A stretch of 64,000 nucleotides of DNA from an uncultured Chloroflexia bacterium (GTDB lineage Bacteria; Chloroflexota; Dehalococcoidia; DSTF01; JALHUB01): assembly GCA_963703345.1 (NCBI GenBank), contig OY969814.1, positions 544,001 to 608,000 of the forward strand. Reading direction: 5' to 3'. The translations under genes and the position numbers were made by a program. Below, piece by piece: positions 40,139-49,131 of this stretch. The notes under the pieces were generated by a model. The model was not told where the DNA came from, did no database searches, and worked only from the letters and a program-made list of their open reading frames with translations. Position 1 is the first letter of the stretch. Each line of letters starts with the position of its first letter.

Positions 40139-41488
40139 TCATGTTCGCCAGCTCCGACCAAGGCGGTCACTGGTCGATGGAGACACGGGCGTTCTCGACG
40201 AAGGGTCAATGATCAGCAGACCGCCGGAATTGGGTGGCGCCGGTTTAGGCAGGCCGCATAGCGTATCTCCGAAAAATCTTTCTAGCTCTCGTATTCCGTC
40301 CGCCAGCGCATCGATTTCCTGGCGACGATTGTAGACGTAGAAGCTGGCACGCGCGGTCGCCTCGACACCCAGCCGCTTCAACAGTGGCTGCGCGCAGTGA
40401 TGGCCTGCCCTTACGGCAATGCCGTGGTAATCAAGGACGGTGGCGACGTCATGCGAGTGAATGTTCTCATAGTTGAAGGCGAGAGCGCCGCCGCGCTTGG
40501 AAGCGTCACGAGGTCCGTAGACGGTGATGCTTGGTATCTTCTCCAGTGTTCGGATGGCATAATCCATAAGGTCGACATCGTGCTGCCGAACCGCTTCCAT
40601 GCCCAGCCCCTCCAGATAATCGATGGCGACACCGAAGGCAAAGACTCCGCCAATATCAGGCGTGCCTGCTTCCCACCGCCAGGGCGCGACATTGTAGGTC
40701 GCCTCTCGGAGCTCGACGTGCGAGATCATGTGCCCGCCTCCGAGAAACGGTCCCATGTTCTCCAGGACGGCTGGTCGCGCGTAGAGTATGCCGATGCCCA
40801 TTGGGCCCAACATCTTGTGGCTGGAGAAAGCGAGGAAGTCACAGTCCAGCTCTTGTACGTCGACCGGCATATGCGGAACGCTCTGCGCGCCATCGACGAG
40901 CATGAGCGCTCCGTAAGCATGAGCAATCTCGCTGATCTCCCGAATCGGGTTGATGGTGCCGAGCACGTTCGACATTTGCGTCAGCGCCACAAGCTTTGTC
41001 TTCTCGCCGATGAGCTGCTGCACGTCGTCCCAGCGCAGCAGGCCCTCGTCGTCGATGTCTATAAAGCGAAGCGTGACTCCCGTCGCCTGCGCCAGCATCT
41101 GCCAGGGGATCAGGTTGCTATGGTGCTCCATGACGCTGAGGACGATCTCATCGCCCTCTTTCACGTGTTGCGAACCCCAGGCATACGCCACGAGGTTGAT
41201 CGCCTCCGTCGCGTTGCGCGTAAAGATGATGCTCTCGGCTGCCGGCGCATTGATGAATCGACGAGTCTTCTCCCGCGCCTCCTCGTAGAGCGTGGTCGCC
41301 TCGTCACCGAGGGTATGGATGCTGCGATGGACGTTGGCGTTGTGCCCGTGGTAGTACTCGACTAGGGCATCAGTGACGGCTAGTGGCTTCTGGCTGGTAG
41401 CCGCATTGTCGAGGTAGACCAGCGGCTTATTGTGGATCATCCGTTGCAGGATGGGGAAATCTCGTCTGATGAGTTCCACGTCTAGCAT
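40139..41488 (-). CDS. sufS: Cysteine desulfurase, SufS type (possible alternative start at 41653)
   Basis: YLDNAATSQKP, MEHHSN, FSSHKMLGP, RAGHHCA. Confidence 0.95.
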   Translation of the reverse strand: MLDVELIRRDFPILQRMIHNKPLVYLDNAATSQKPLAVTDALVEYYHGHNANVHRSIHTLGDEATTLYEEAREKTRRFINAPAAESIIFTRNATEAINLVAYAWGSQHVKEGDEIVLSVMEHHSNLIPWQMLAQATGVTLRFIDIDDEGLLRWDDVQQLIGEKTKLVALTQMSNVLGTINPIREISEIAHAYGALMLVDGAQSVPHMPVDVQELDCDFLAFSSHKMLGPMGIGILYARPAVLENMGPFLGGGHMISHVELREATYNVAPWRWEAGTPDIGGVFAFGVAIDYLEGLGMEAVRQHDVDLMDYAIRTLEKIPSITVYGPRDASKRGGALAFNYENIHSHDVATVLDYHGIAVRAGHHCAQPLLKRLGVEATARASFYVYNRRQEIDALADGIRELERFFGDTLCGLPKPAPPNSGGLLIIDPSSRTPVSPSTSDRLGRSWRT

Positions 41489-41930
41489 CGCCGGCTCCTC
41501 TTTCGAGGCAGACCTCAAGTCCGTCCCGTCGATTCCGATGGCCTGCCTATCAGAGGCTGAATGAGCGGGCGATGTCGGCCCGGTCACCGATCGCTTCGCC
41601 ACACTGGCCGTCGGAATCGAGGTCGTCATACTAGCGGCTGTCACATCCTGCATACGCTCATCACCTCCTGCAGTATCTGACCGTAGATGTCGGGAAAGGT
41701 GTAAGCACCTTGAGCGAGGCGGCGACAGAGGATGCTTTTGCGAAGAGGGACCTGATCTTCTATTACGACGAGCGCGCCACCGCTCAGCCGTACTGCCAAC
41801 GAGCGTCTCTTCAAGATAAAGATTCCCCACCTTTGCTTCGCTGACGGGAATGATGGTCACCAATGGCAGAGCCGGGACGCCGACTGTCTCTCTCCAGCTC
41901 TGGCCTATCGATAAATCTAGAAGCCGCCCC

Positions 41931-41995
41931 CTCTAGGTATTTATGCTTAGACCCCTCTAAGTATTTATGCTTAGTCTCTAGGTATTTATGCCTAG
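41931..41995. promoter_or_regulatory. Three tandem 20-bp palindromic boxes CTCTARGTATTTATGCYTAG
   Basis: Copies at 41931, 41955 and 41976; each contains the near-inverted repeat CTARGTAT-TT-ATGCYTAG. Confidence 0.7.
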
Positions 41996-42166
41996 AACTA
42001 ACCTTTGGCCCAAGTATATGACAGTCTTTCCATATGTCAAGCGCTTCACCTGTAAAAACTTGTCGTTTTGTGGAAATGCAGGTTCGCGCGTGGAGGGAGA
42101 CGACCGATAGCTTACTGAACCCCGTGCGTTTCCGGGAGCGCTCGTCGACCCACCATGAAGATGTCG

Positions 42167-42283
42167 CTCGACTTCATCGGCATCAACCTCTACTCGCGCG
42201 CCGTCGTGGCGGACAACCCGGAAGACAAGAACACGGGCGCGCAGCGAATCGAGCCGCCCGACATCGAGCGGACCGATTTCGGC
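42167..42283 (+). pseudogene. Internal fragment of a GH1 beta-glucosidase
   Basis: LDFIGINLYSRAVV...ERTDFG resembles the GH1 DFxGxNYY...TxxGW segment. Confidence 0.6.
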
Positions 42284-42631
42284 CCATCATAATGATTTAG
42301 AGTTCGGGCTCGGGCCGGGTGGCCAGCGAAGAAGACGCCGCCCGGAGGGCAGTTTTCGTATCTCCTCAAGGGCTCCGGACAGCCGTGATTCGATGCGAAT
42401 CCCGGACTTAGAGTCTGGCACTCTGCCTGGAGAGATGAGGGAAGAGGAGAACGCTCACAAGCGACGGCAATCGTATCTGTTTCAGTGGTCTCAGAAGGCT
42501 GGAGGGGTTCGAACGTCAGGCCTGAAAACTTCGAGTCCGGTGCTCAGATTGGCTCTTTGGGGCGATAATTGGAGGCGTAAGCGAAGAAGAGTCCACGCTA
42601 GAAGGCCGAAATCGAATCTGAAAATGGCCTC

Positions 42632-42825
42632 TGGAGGGCCGTGAGAGATTCGAACCCTCGACTCCCGGATTAAAAGTCAGAGCCTGTACTGCGGAGCCTT
42701 CAGGCCCTACCGCAGATTCGAATTCCGCCGTCTTGACCGCCTGGACCGACCGATTTCTTATCGAGTCCAGTGCTCAGGCTTGAGAGCCCTCTGGAGCACC
42801 GGATTCAACGCAGCAATTGTATGCG
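42632..42825 (-). repeat. tRNA-Lys 3' fragment (42632-42678, one mismatch) plus type B arm
   Basis: Collinear with 26101-26294. Confidence 0.95.
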
Positions 42826-42833
42826 CTAAGTCC

Positions 42834-42869
42834 CGCGATTCCAGACGGCGGCCGCCGTCTGGAATCGCG
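42834..42869. repeat. Perfect 36-bp spacerless palindrome
   Basis: CGCGATTCCAGACGGCGG|CCGCCGTCTGGAATCGCG. Confidence 0.9.
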
Positions 42870-42919
42870 ACCCGGAGATGGCGGTCCTGGGTTGCCCCTC
42901 GCCGCTCTCCCAAATGTGG

Positions 42920-42986
42920 ACGGAACATTGACACCCCACAGGTCCTCGGTGGTCTTCACCACGAGTACGAGTGGGTGGCCGCTTGA
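42920..42986 (+). pseudogene. C-terminal remnant of an rve (integrase core) transposase
   Basis: VLGGLHHEYEWVAA-stop, a typical C-terminus for this family. Confidence 0.6.
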
Positions 42987-43106
42987 CTTGCGCAGATACG
43001 GATGTAATATTGTTGCCCCACAGCCCGAAGCGAAGGATGTCCACATGGTCTGGTTCCGCGCCGGCCGCTGCTATCTCATCGACTTCGTCAATCCGTAATA
43101 GGAGTC

Positions 43107-44399
43107 TTGATCTTGAAACCTTCCTTCTTGCGGATGAGAAGGCTTTACCGTCTTCTCATTGCCGGTAAGTATCAACCCTATGTCTTCGAGGAAGCTACCC
43201 CGGACCTTCCGAATAGTCTCGGTGACATCGGGCTCTATCTCCACATCCCTTTCTGCAAACAGATCTGCCCATTCTGTCCTTACAATAAGGTCTTGCTCTA
43301 CGGTCAGGATGTGGACGCATACGCAGAAGCAGTCAAGAAAGAAGTCGAAATGCACCGGGAGAGGCTGGAGGCCTCAACCGTCACTTCACTATATGTTGGG
43401 GGAGGCACTCCATTGGCCTCCCCAAAGCAACTCCTGGACCTGATAGCTTTCTTGACGCGCTCTTTCCGAATCGGCGCAGAAATTGGAGTGGAGGTTCACC
43501 CGAGTGATGCCAGTGTGGAAAACCTCTCAGCCCTTAGAAGGAGTGGAGTGAATCTCTTAAGCCTTGGCGTTCAAAGCTTCCAAGACGATCTCCTGCAAAG
43601 GATCTCCCGACCATATGACGCGGAGAACGCCAAGGAGGCCCTGGCCAATGCTATGAGTGCTGACTTCGACTCGGTCGATGTGGACCTTATGTTTGGCCTA
43701 CCCGGCGAGACCGAGGACCAACTCGAGCATGATGTGGAGTACGCCTTCCAAGCGGGCATCGGGCAGTTGTCGGCGTATCCCTTGATTGTATTCTCATTTA
43801 CGAAGATGCTGGAGATTCTGGCCAGGAGTGGCACTCGGAAGCCAAGCTGGTGGCAAGAGAGGAAGATGCTTCAGATCATCGAGGAGCTTTCGAAAACCTA
43901 CGGCTATGAAAGAACCTCGATCTGGACATGGACGAAGAAAGAGAAGGCGCAGTATACCTCAGTTACCAGGCAGAACTTCGTGGGCTTCGGGGCTGGAGCG
44001 GCTAGCCGCTTCAGCAACGTTTTCTATTCCAACACCTGTTCGGTGAGCGAGTACGTAAAGGCCGTTGCCGCTAGAAAGCTGCCAATCGCTCTTTGCACCT
44101 CCCTGGACGAAAAGGACCAGATAGCCTGGTGGCTGTTTTGGGCTGCCTACAGGATGTCGATTGGCAGGCAAGAGTTCAAACGTGTGTTCAATCGCGAGCT
44201 AAATGGGAAGTTTAGGCTCTATCTGAAGGCGCTCCAATACTTGGGGATTCTAAAGGAGGAGGGCACCGAGTACCGGCTGACTGACAATGGTGGCTTCCTC
44301 TTTCACTTGGTGGAACAGGGCTATTCGCTGGACTTCCTCGATGGAATGTGGGGTACCCTTTCTTCAGAAGCTTGGCCGAAGAGGTTAGTGCTAGGTTGA
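43107..44399 (+). CDS. HemN-like radical SAM protein
   Basis: LYLHIPFCKQICPFCPY, YVGGGTP, SLGVQSF, DLMFGLPG. Confidence 0.9.
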   Translation: MILKPSFLRMRRLYRLLIAGKYQPYVFEEATPDLPNSLGDIGLYLHIPFCKQICPFCPYNKVLLYGQDVDAYAEAVKKEVEMHRERLEASTVTSLYVGGGTPLASPKQLLDLIAFLTRSFRIGAEIGVEVHPSDASVENLSALRRSGVNLLSLGVQSFQDDLLQRISRPYDAENAKEALANAMSADFDSVDVDLMFGLPGETEDQLEHDVEYAFQAGIGQLSAYPLIVFSFTKMLEILARSGTRKPSWWQERKMLQIIEELSKTYGYERTSIWTWTKKEKAQYTSVTRQNFVGFGAGAASRFSNVFYSNTCSVSEYVKAVAARKLPIALCTSLDEKDQIAWWLFWAAYRMSIGRQEFKRVFNRELNGKFRLYLKALQYLGILKEEGTEYRLTDNGGFLFHLVEQGYSLDFLDGMWGTLSSEAWPKRLVLG

Positions 44400-44438
44400 G
44401 GATCAGCTTTCGAATGGGCGAAAGGGCCCTCCCCGATC

Positions 44439-44621
44439 ATGCAATACGAGGAAGATGGCTTCAGAGAGATCCAACGGAGCTCCACTAAGTTTGGCGCGCT
44501 GGGCAGCCGAAGCGGATGGTGGGGCGTCAGCAGCGCGGCGGAGGCCTTCCTGGACCAGCTAGTCACCTGGCGAGAACTCGGCTTTAACATGTGTTGGCAG
44601 GCGATTCTTCAGAGGACCTAG
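44439..44621 (+). pseudogene. DNA photolyase internal fragment
   Basis: GWWGVSSAAEAFLDQLVTWRELGFNMC. Confidence 0.6.
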
Positions 44622-44788
44622 ATGCGGAAAATGGAGCCAGGGAGCAAACCTGCCGCTCCTTCTGCATGACATTCTCCTGCAAATGCCGGTTGAAGTTGTC
44701 CGCGTCACTGGATAATCCCATCTCCGGACCTCATAATAGAAGTCTACGGTGGCAGATTAGCCAAGAACGCCAGAAAGAAGGAGTAATC

Positions 44789-45187
44789 ATGAAAGGATTC
44801 AACACAAATATAGAAAAGGACACGCTGGAGAATAGAGACTTTCGCAGGGTGCTGTACACCGGCAGGCACAGCCAATTGGTACTGATGAGCCTTCGACCGA
44901 AAGAAGAAATCGGTATGGAAACCCATCTAGACAATGATCAGTTCTTTCGTTTTGAAAAGGGTGAGGGGAAGTGCATCATAGACGGTAATGAATATGCCCT
45001 GAGGGATGGGTCGGTAATTGTTGTGCCAGCTAGCGCCGAGCACAACATAATCAACACCTCCGCCAACCAGGATTTGAAGCTCTATACAATCTATTCCCCG
45101 GCCCACCATAAAGATGGGGTAGTGAGGTCGACTAAAGCAGAGGCCGAAACCGATGCGCCTGAATTTGATGGTGTAACCACCGAATAG
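44789..45187 (+). CDS. Cupin-domain protein
   Basis: FRRVLYTG, SQLVLM, EEIGMETH, HNIIN, LKLYTIYSP; AAGGAG RBS. Confidence 0.9.
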   Translation: MKGFNTNIEKDTLENRDFRRVLYTGRHSQLVLMSLRPKEEIGMETHLDNDQFFRFEKGEGKCIIDGNEYALRDGSVIVVPASAEHNIINTSANQDLKLYTIYSPAHHKDGVVRSTKAEAETDAPEFDGVTTE

Positions 45188-45398
45188 GCAACAATTCCGC
45201 CAAATATGGCAAGCGTGCTATCCGGACGCCGTAACGTCCACTCTTAGGAATTGATGACGCCGCCCTCGGGCACTGGGAGAGAACCGTGACTGATCTGGAT
45301 CACCGACTGCCGGACTGGAAATCCGGCACTCCAATCAAAAGAGGCAGGCGAAGAAGAGTCCACATTGGAGGGCCGAAATCGAATCTGAAAGAGGGCTC

Positions 45399-45565
45399 TG
45401 GAGGGCCGTGAGGGATTCGAACCCTCGACTCCCGGATTAAAAGTCCGCGAGCCATTCGGCCCACGCTCGACGCTGTTCGCCGAATCTGCGGGGAAGGTCA
45501 GATGGCGCTCTGCGAGATCGAATCCCGCGGTCTTGCCCGCGTGGCATCTGACCACCGGATTGTAC
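45399..45565 (-). repeat. tRNA-Lys 3' fragment (45399-45447) plus type A arm
   Basis: Collinear with 24379-24545. Confidence 0.95.
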
Positions 45566-45740
45566 CTTGACGAGGCGTCAACTACAAGCCGTAATACTCC
45601 TGGCTGCTTCGATGTGGAGATGCCTCCTTCTCCCATCGATGATGGACACGATCCTTCGTGCATCTTCGAGGGCGAAACGCTGTGATGCCCGATAACAGGT
45701 ACTTTACGAAACCGTCCCAGGACATGTCAACTGAAGCTCA

Positions 45741-45769
45741 TTGACTTGAGATGCCGCTTGCGGCATAGT
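45741..45769 (+). promoter_or_regulatory. tetR promoter with overlapping palindromic operator
   Basis: TTGACT-17 nt-CATAGT; palindrome ATGCCGC-TT-GCGGCAT at 45751-45766. Confidence 0.55.
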
Positions 45770-45773
45770 TGTC

Positions 45774-46448
45774 ATGATGTCAGCATCAACAGTGATTCCC
45801 GAATCAGTTTCGCGGACAGAGCGAAAGCGCGCCCGAACCCGCGCTGCCCTTATCGCCTCGGCTCGCCGTTTGTTCGCCCAGGTCGGTTTCGAGGCGACCA
45901 CCATTGCGGCGATCGCCGAGTCCGCTGACCTCGGCTTCGGCACCTTCTATCGCTACTTTCCCGACAAGGAGGCGATCCTCAATGCTGTGCTCGAAATCGG
46001 CCGCTCGGAACTTGACAAGGCGCTGACTCACCCCGACAACGAGCGGGCCGAGCCGGCAGAAGCCCTGCGCAGGCTCACGATGCGTTTTGCGCAGGCGGCA
46101 GAACGCAACTACGACGTGATGGCCTTGGGGTTTCGGATGGCCGTCGGGGGCGAGGGTGTCGGCGAGCCCATCCCACCCGACCTCAACAAAGGAGCGCTGC
46201 CGATCTTCTTTCTTCTCGGCGAACGCATCCGCCACATTATTGAGCGCGGCGTCACGGAGGGTGTGTTCGCATGTCCTGACCCGCGGCTCGCATCGCGTTT
46301 CATCACCAGCGCGCACGTTCCTTTCCTTACCCCATACACGAAGCACGACGGACGGAAGATGATCGAAGCGCTCTGCGACCTTGAACTGAGAGCGCTTGGC
46401 GGAGCGAGTGCAGCGTCGCCGCAGCGGACCAAAAGGAGAAACCGGTGA
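45774..46448 (+). CDS. TetR/AcrR family regulator
   Basis: GFEATTIAAIAESADLGFGTFYRYFPDKEAI. Confidence 0.93.
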   Translation: MMSASTVIPESVSRTERKRARTRAALIASARRLFAQVGFEATTIAAIAESADLGFGTFYRYFPDKEAILNAVLEIGRSELDKALTHPDNERAEPAEALRRLTMRFAQAAERNYDVMALGFRMAVGGEGVGEPIPPDLNKGALPIFFLLGERIRHIIERGVTEGVFACPDPRLASRFITSAHVPFLTPYTKHDGRKMIEALCDLELRALGGASAASPQRTKRRNR

Positions 46449-48346
46449 CCCCCATTAAGCTCGAGGACGAACTTGCTCTTTCTGAGAGCAGCTGGCGCCG
46501 ACGCATCATCACCCTCGCCGTGTTGCTGTTCGGAGTGGGCGTCGTCGCCGTCGCGATCTACTACGTCGCATTTAGGAACAGCGCTACCACAGCTACCCGT
46601 TCCACGGAGGAGATCCCTGTAGTCAGAGCAACGATCAGCCAGACGCTGAGCATCTCGGGCGTCGCCGATGCTCAGCTCAACAGCAATCTCACCTTCCAGG
46701 CCACGGGAAAGATCGCCGAAGTCAACGTCAAGGTGGGCGATGCCGTGCGGCAGGGCGACGTCCTCGCCAGCATCGAATCCGACGATCTGGTCAACGCCGT
46801 GTCGCAGGCGCAGGCAAATCAGCGCGCCGCTCAGCTCAAGCTCGACGATCTACTCGGCGGCTCGACCGCAGCCGAAATCGCCGCTGCCGAACAGGCGCTG
46901 GTCTCCGCACAGTCGAATCTCACCAAGGCAGAGAACGATTACGACACGCTGGTGGGCAGTGGCGCTGCAGCCGATGTCGCTGCCGCTCAACAAGCGGTAA
47001 GCGTGTCCGAAGCGCAGCTAGCGAGCGCGAGGAGCGCGCGCGCTAAGCTCGACGACACGCCCAGCGACGCTGACAAGGCAGCCGCCGAAGCAGGCGTGGC
47101 CGCGGCGCAATCCGCCCTCACCGCGGCTCAGAACAGTTCAGCCAGCGCTCAGAACACCCTGACCGCCGCCGATGCCTCGCTCAAGAGCGCGGAAACCAGC
47201 TACTGCGCCACCGATCCTGCGCCGGCGTTTTGCACCACGGCCGTCTCACCCATCTCCTCAGCCGACGCCACACTGATGACTGCTGCCCTTGGCGGTGCGC
47301 ATGCCACACTTGCATCGGGTGTCATCGCTGCAAACAGCGCTTTCCTCAATTCGCAGAACAGCGCGGACTCCGCGGCGTCGGCCGTAACCTCCGCACGGCA
47401 AGCGCTGAGATCCGCACAGGAGAAGCTCAATACCGTGAACGACGGACCGACGAGCGATGACGTTGCCGCTGCCGACGCTGCAGTAACTTCCGCCGAATCG
47501 GCCCTGACCGCCGCGCAGCAGAAGCTCGCGACTGTACAGGGCGGCACCGGTGCGCAACAATCCACGCTCCAGGCGGCCGTCCTCAGCGCCCAGGCCGCCG
47601 TCGATGCGGCCCAGGCGAAAGATGATGAAGCGCACCAGGGCGCGACAGCGAACGCCATCGCGCAGGCGCGCCAGGCCGTCGAAACCGCCGGTCTCGTAGT
47701 CGAAGCGGCGCAGATCCGCCGCCAAAACGCCCAGATCATCGCGCCCTTCGACGGTGTCGTTGCGGCCGTAAACGCTCACGTCGGAGAGATGGCCGGTGCG
47801 GCCGGTGGCTCTTCGACCGCCGCGCCTATCGTCTTGCTCACGCCGAACCTGCTTCGTTTCAAGATGAACGTGCAGGAGACCGACTACACAAACATCAAAC
47901 TCGACCAGACGGGCATGGTTGTCTTCGATGCACTCCCGGGCAGGCCGTTTGCGTTCACCATCACATCGATCAGTTCTGCCGCCATTACGGAGAGCGGGGT
48001 CGTCACGTACGAGGTCGATGCCTCTCTGACGATCCCACCCGATTCTCCCTCCCCTGCAGCCGGTATGAACGGGAACGGGGTCATCACCATCGATTCGAAG
48101 CCGAACGTTCTCGTCGTCCCGGCGCGCGCCATCAAGCGTCGCGGCGCCGATCAGATCGTCTCGGTCAAGCGGGCGAACGGCAACGTCGAGGAACAGGTGA
48201 TCACGACTGGTGTCAGCGACGTCAACAACGTGGAGGTGCTCTCCGGCCTGAGTGAAGGCGACGTGGTCGAGGCCGTCACACTGACGGCGGGGAAGGCTGG
48301 CGTCGCGGCGACGCCTCAACCCACCATGCCGAGCGGCCTGAGGTAG
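46445..48346 (+). CDS. MacA-like efflux adaptor with long Ala-rich coiled coil
   Basis: TM segment, VKVGDAVRQGDVLA, IAPFDGVV, GLSEGD. Confidence 0.88.
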   Translation: MTPIKLEDELALSESSWRRRIITLAVLLFGVGVVAVAIYYVAFRNSATTATRSTEEIPVVRATISQTLSISGVADAQLNSNLTFQATGKIAEVNVKVGDAVRQGDVLASIESDDLVNAVSQAQANQRAAQLKLDDLLGGSTAAEIAAAEQALVSAQSNLTKAENDYDTLVGSGAAADVAAAQQAVSVSEAQLASARSARAKLDDTPSDADKAAAEAGVAAAQSALTAAQNSSASAQNTLTAADASLKSAETSYCATDPAPAFCTTAVSPISSADATLMTAALGGAHATLASGVIAANSAFLNSQNSADSAASAVTSARQALRSAQEKLNTVNDGPTSDDVAAADAAVTSAESALTAAQQKLATVQGGTGAQQSTLQAAVLSAQAAVDAAQAKDDEAHQGATANAIAQARQAVETAGLVVEAAQIRRQNAQIIAPFDGVVAAVNAHVGEMAGAAGGSSTAAPIVLLTPNLLRFKMNVQETDYTNIKLDQTGMVVFDALPGRPFAFTITSISSAAITESGVVTYEVDASLTIPPDSPSPAAGMNGNGVITIDSKPNVLVVPARAIKRRGADQIVSVKRANGNVEEQVITTGVSDVNNVEVLSGLSEGDVVEAVTLTAGKAGVAATPQPTMPSGLR

Positions 48347-48348
48347 CG

Positions 48349-49131
48349 ATGATCCGGTTGAAGGGCATCTCGAAGGTCTACAAGCTCGGCTCTGAGAGTG
48401 TCCACGCTCTTCGCGGCATCGACCTGGAGATCGAGGAGGGCGAGTTCCTGGCGATCATGGGGCCCTCCGGCTCGGGCAAGTCAACGCTCATGAACATCAT
48501 CGGCTGCCTCGATCGCCCGACCGACGGCACGTACGAGCTCGACGGCGTAAACATAGGCAAGCTCAACGACTCACAGCTCGCGACGGTCCGTAATCGGCGT
48601 CTGGGGTTCGTGTTTCAGTCCTTCAACCTGCTCCCGCGCCTCGACGCTGTCAGTCAGGTGGCGATGCCACTCTCGTATCGAGGCGTCACGAACCGAAAGC
48701 AGGTCGCGAGGGTCGCGCTCAGGCTCGTCGGCCTCCAGGACCGCATGCATCATCGGCCCACGCAGCTCTCCGGCGGCCAGCAGCAGCGCGTCGCTATCGC
48801 GCGCGCGCTCGTCGGCAGTCCGGCGGTGATCCTCGCCGATGAGCCGACAGGCGCACTGGACACGAAGACCAGCCACGATGTGATGGAGATCTTCCGCAAG
48901 CTCAACGAAGAGCGCGGCGTCACGATCGCCTTCGTCACCCACGAGCACGACGTCGCGGCGTATACGCGGCGCATCGTCTCGCTGCTTGATGGCGAGATCG
49001 TCAGCGACGCGCCGAACGTCCCCGCGTACCGCCAGACTGCGGAGGCGATCTCGCACCTATCGCCACAGGCGCGACAGACCTCCACGACAACGCCGGCCGA
49101 GCGCCGGATCCTCGGAGCGACTGACGCATGA
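48349..49131 (+). CDS. ABC transporter ATP-binding protein (MacB/LolD type)
   Basis: GPSGSGKST, LSGGQQQR, ADEPTG. Confidence 0.95.
   Translation: MIRLKGISKVYKLGSESVHALRGIDLEIEEGEFLAIMGPSGSGKSTLMNIIGCLDRPTDGTYELDGVNIGKLNDSQLATVRNRRLGFVFQSFNLLPRLDAVSQVAMPLSYRGVTNRKQVARVALRLVGLQDRMHHRPTQLSGGQQQRVAIARALVGSPAVILADEPTGALDTKTSHDVMEIFRKLNEERGVTIAFVTHEHDVAAYTRRIVSLLDGEIVSDAPNVPAYRQTAEAISHLSPQARQTSTTTPAERRILGATDA

Larger units (their letters stand above)
26101..42631. mobile_element. Cassette 3 (type B arms) carrying the Hdr-Mvh module
   Basis: Bounded by tRNA-Lys 3' copies at 26101 and 42632; conserved arms; no integrase. Confidence 0.8.
42632..45398. mobile_element. Cassette 2 (type B arms)
   Basis: Bounded by tRNA-Lys 3' copies; cargo visibly lower in GC. 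Confidence 0.78.

Noticed and set aside
41931-41995. Mini-CRISPR
   Set aside because: Spacers are only 4 and 1 bp.
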